The notes under the pieces: generated by a model
The model's input: only the letters and a program-made list of their open reading frames with translations
Databases searched by the model: none
Told to the model about the DNA's origin: nothing
Part shown: in pieces, positions 62,932 through 64,000 of the stretch
Layout of the letters: each line of letters opens with the position of its first letter
How positions within the stretch are numbered: position 1 is the first letter of the stretch
Source of the DNA: Gammaproteobacteria bacterium
Lineage (GTDB): Bacteria; Pseudomonadota; Gammaproteobacteria; UBA4575
NCBI GenBank assembly: GCA_965222615.1
Contig: CBDCUI010000008.1
Coordinates: 416,001 to 480,000, forward strand
Length of the DNA stretch: 64,000 nucleotides
Direction: 5' to 3'
Position numbers and translations under genes: made by a program

Positions 62932-63846
62932 ATGCGTTCACTGGCTCGTTACTTATTAACCGGACCTATTCAAGCCACTATAGTTATATTTGGTTTTGCT
63001 GTGTTGTCTTTTCCATTTCCCATTTTGCTTATTTTTAGTGGTGGGGCACTTGTCTTAGTAATGCTCCAACAAGGCTTTAGGCAAGGAGTGAGTGTTTTAG
63101 CTATCTGTATACTGCTTATGGTGGTTAGCGGTCTTTTAGTTTTTGGAAAATTGGTGGTTGAGCCATTAACAGTTTGGATAACAATCATGGTGATTGCAAC
63201 GATTTACCTTAATTCCAAGTCCCTTAATGTAACATTGCAATTATTAACGCTAATTGGTTTGTTTTTAGTATTACTGATTTCGATTATATTTCCTGATTTA
63301 TCCAATCGATGGCTTACGTTTTTACAAAATATTTTGCAAGCAGCAAGTAAGGATCCATCATTTAATTCTATGCTGCAAAGTGCAAGACTAAGCAGTGAAA
63401 AGATTGAACAATATTTGCCAATAATCGCTTCAGTGATTACGGGTGGGCTCATTGCGTTGTATTTGCTTGTGTCAAGCCTAATGCTGTTTTTTGGTCGCTG
63501 GTGGCAAGAGATTTATACTAATACCCAGGCTTTTCGTAAGGAGTTTATTTCCTTAAAGCTTGGTAAAGTGCTAGCTATACTAGCAATTTTATTTGTATTC
63601 GCTGGATTGGTTGTTAAACATGCAATTCTCTGGCAGTTAGCGATCGTATGTCTTAGCATGTTCTCGATTCAGGGAATGGCAATAGTTCATGCTCTAGTTG
63701 GGCAACTATCTAGTCCTATATTTGGGTTTATAGCTGTGTATGGGCTACTTTTTATCGTTCCACAGGTAGCTTTTGTGTTATCTGCCTTGGGAGTATTGGA
63801 TTCATTTATTAATTTTCGAATAAAACTTACAAAGTCAAATACATAA
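62932..63846 (+). CDS. DUF2232 (YybS-like) membrane protein
   Basis: Multi-TM, GRWWQ...FRKEF, QGMAIVH, G.LDSF.NFR; lies between rpsR and rplI. Confidence 0.85.
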   Translation: MRSLARYLLTGPIQATIVIFGFAVLSFPFPILLIFSGGALVLVMLQQGFRQGVSVLAICILLMVVSGLLVFGKLVVEPLTVWITIMVIATIYLNSKSLNVTLQLLTLIGLFLVLLISIIFPDLSNRWLTFLQNILQAASKDPSFNSMLQSARLSSEKIEQYLPIIASVITGGLIALYLLVSSLMLFFGRWWQEIYTNTQAFRKEFISLKLGKVLAILAILFVFAGLVVKHAILWQLAIVCLSMFSIQGMAIVHALVGQLSSPIFGFIAVYGLLFIVPQVAFVLSALGVLDSFINFRIKLTKSNT

Positions 63847-63891
63847 TTATCAAGAAAATATTTTTTTATAAATTTTTAAAAGAGAAAGAAA

Positions 63892-64000
63892 ATGGAAGTT
63901 ATTTTATTAACTAAAATTGAAAATCTAGGTGATCTTGGTGAAAAAGTCAAAGTGCGACCTGGATATGCACGTAATTTTCTTATACCAAGTGGTAAAGCTA
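63892..64000 (+). CDS. rplI: 50S ribosomal protein L9 (5' part, truncated by the window edge)
   Basis: [36 protein letters not shown]. Confidence 0.97.
   Translation, partial: MEVILLTKIENLGDLGEKVKVRPGYARNFLIPSGKA

Overview
AT-rich gammaproteobacterial chromosome segment. The housekeeping backbone is rubrerythrin-FeS oxidoreductase-DUF3501, fdhD-radA, corC-ypjD, ffh-rpsP-rimM-trmD-rplS, htpG, pcnB-folK-dNK-panBC, pgi, queG-nnr-tsaE-ami-mutL-miaA-hfq-hflXKC-hisZ-purA, galE, tRNA-Leu(CAG), and rnr-rlmB-rpsF-rpsR-rplI. The most notable accessory signals are: (1) a polymorphic-toxin locus (20.3-24.0 kb) whose toxin starts with a Flp/Tad-type prepilin segment, appears to carry two toxin domains (an unassigned one plus a WHH HNH nuclease), and lies between a putative immunity gene and an SMI1/KNR4 gene; (2) ~30-bp imperfect palindromes that bracket single accessory genes like cassettes, one of them abutting an IS30 remnant, often next to larger structured repeats; (3) an Arg-rich N-terminal module shared by three proteins, two with FHA domains; (4) a group I/group II truncated-globin fusion; and (5) MITE-like repeats and tRNA-linked repeats. 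All calls come from visual motif recognition; no database searches were run.
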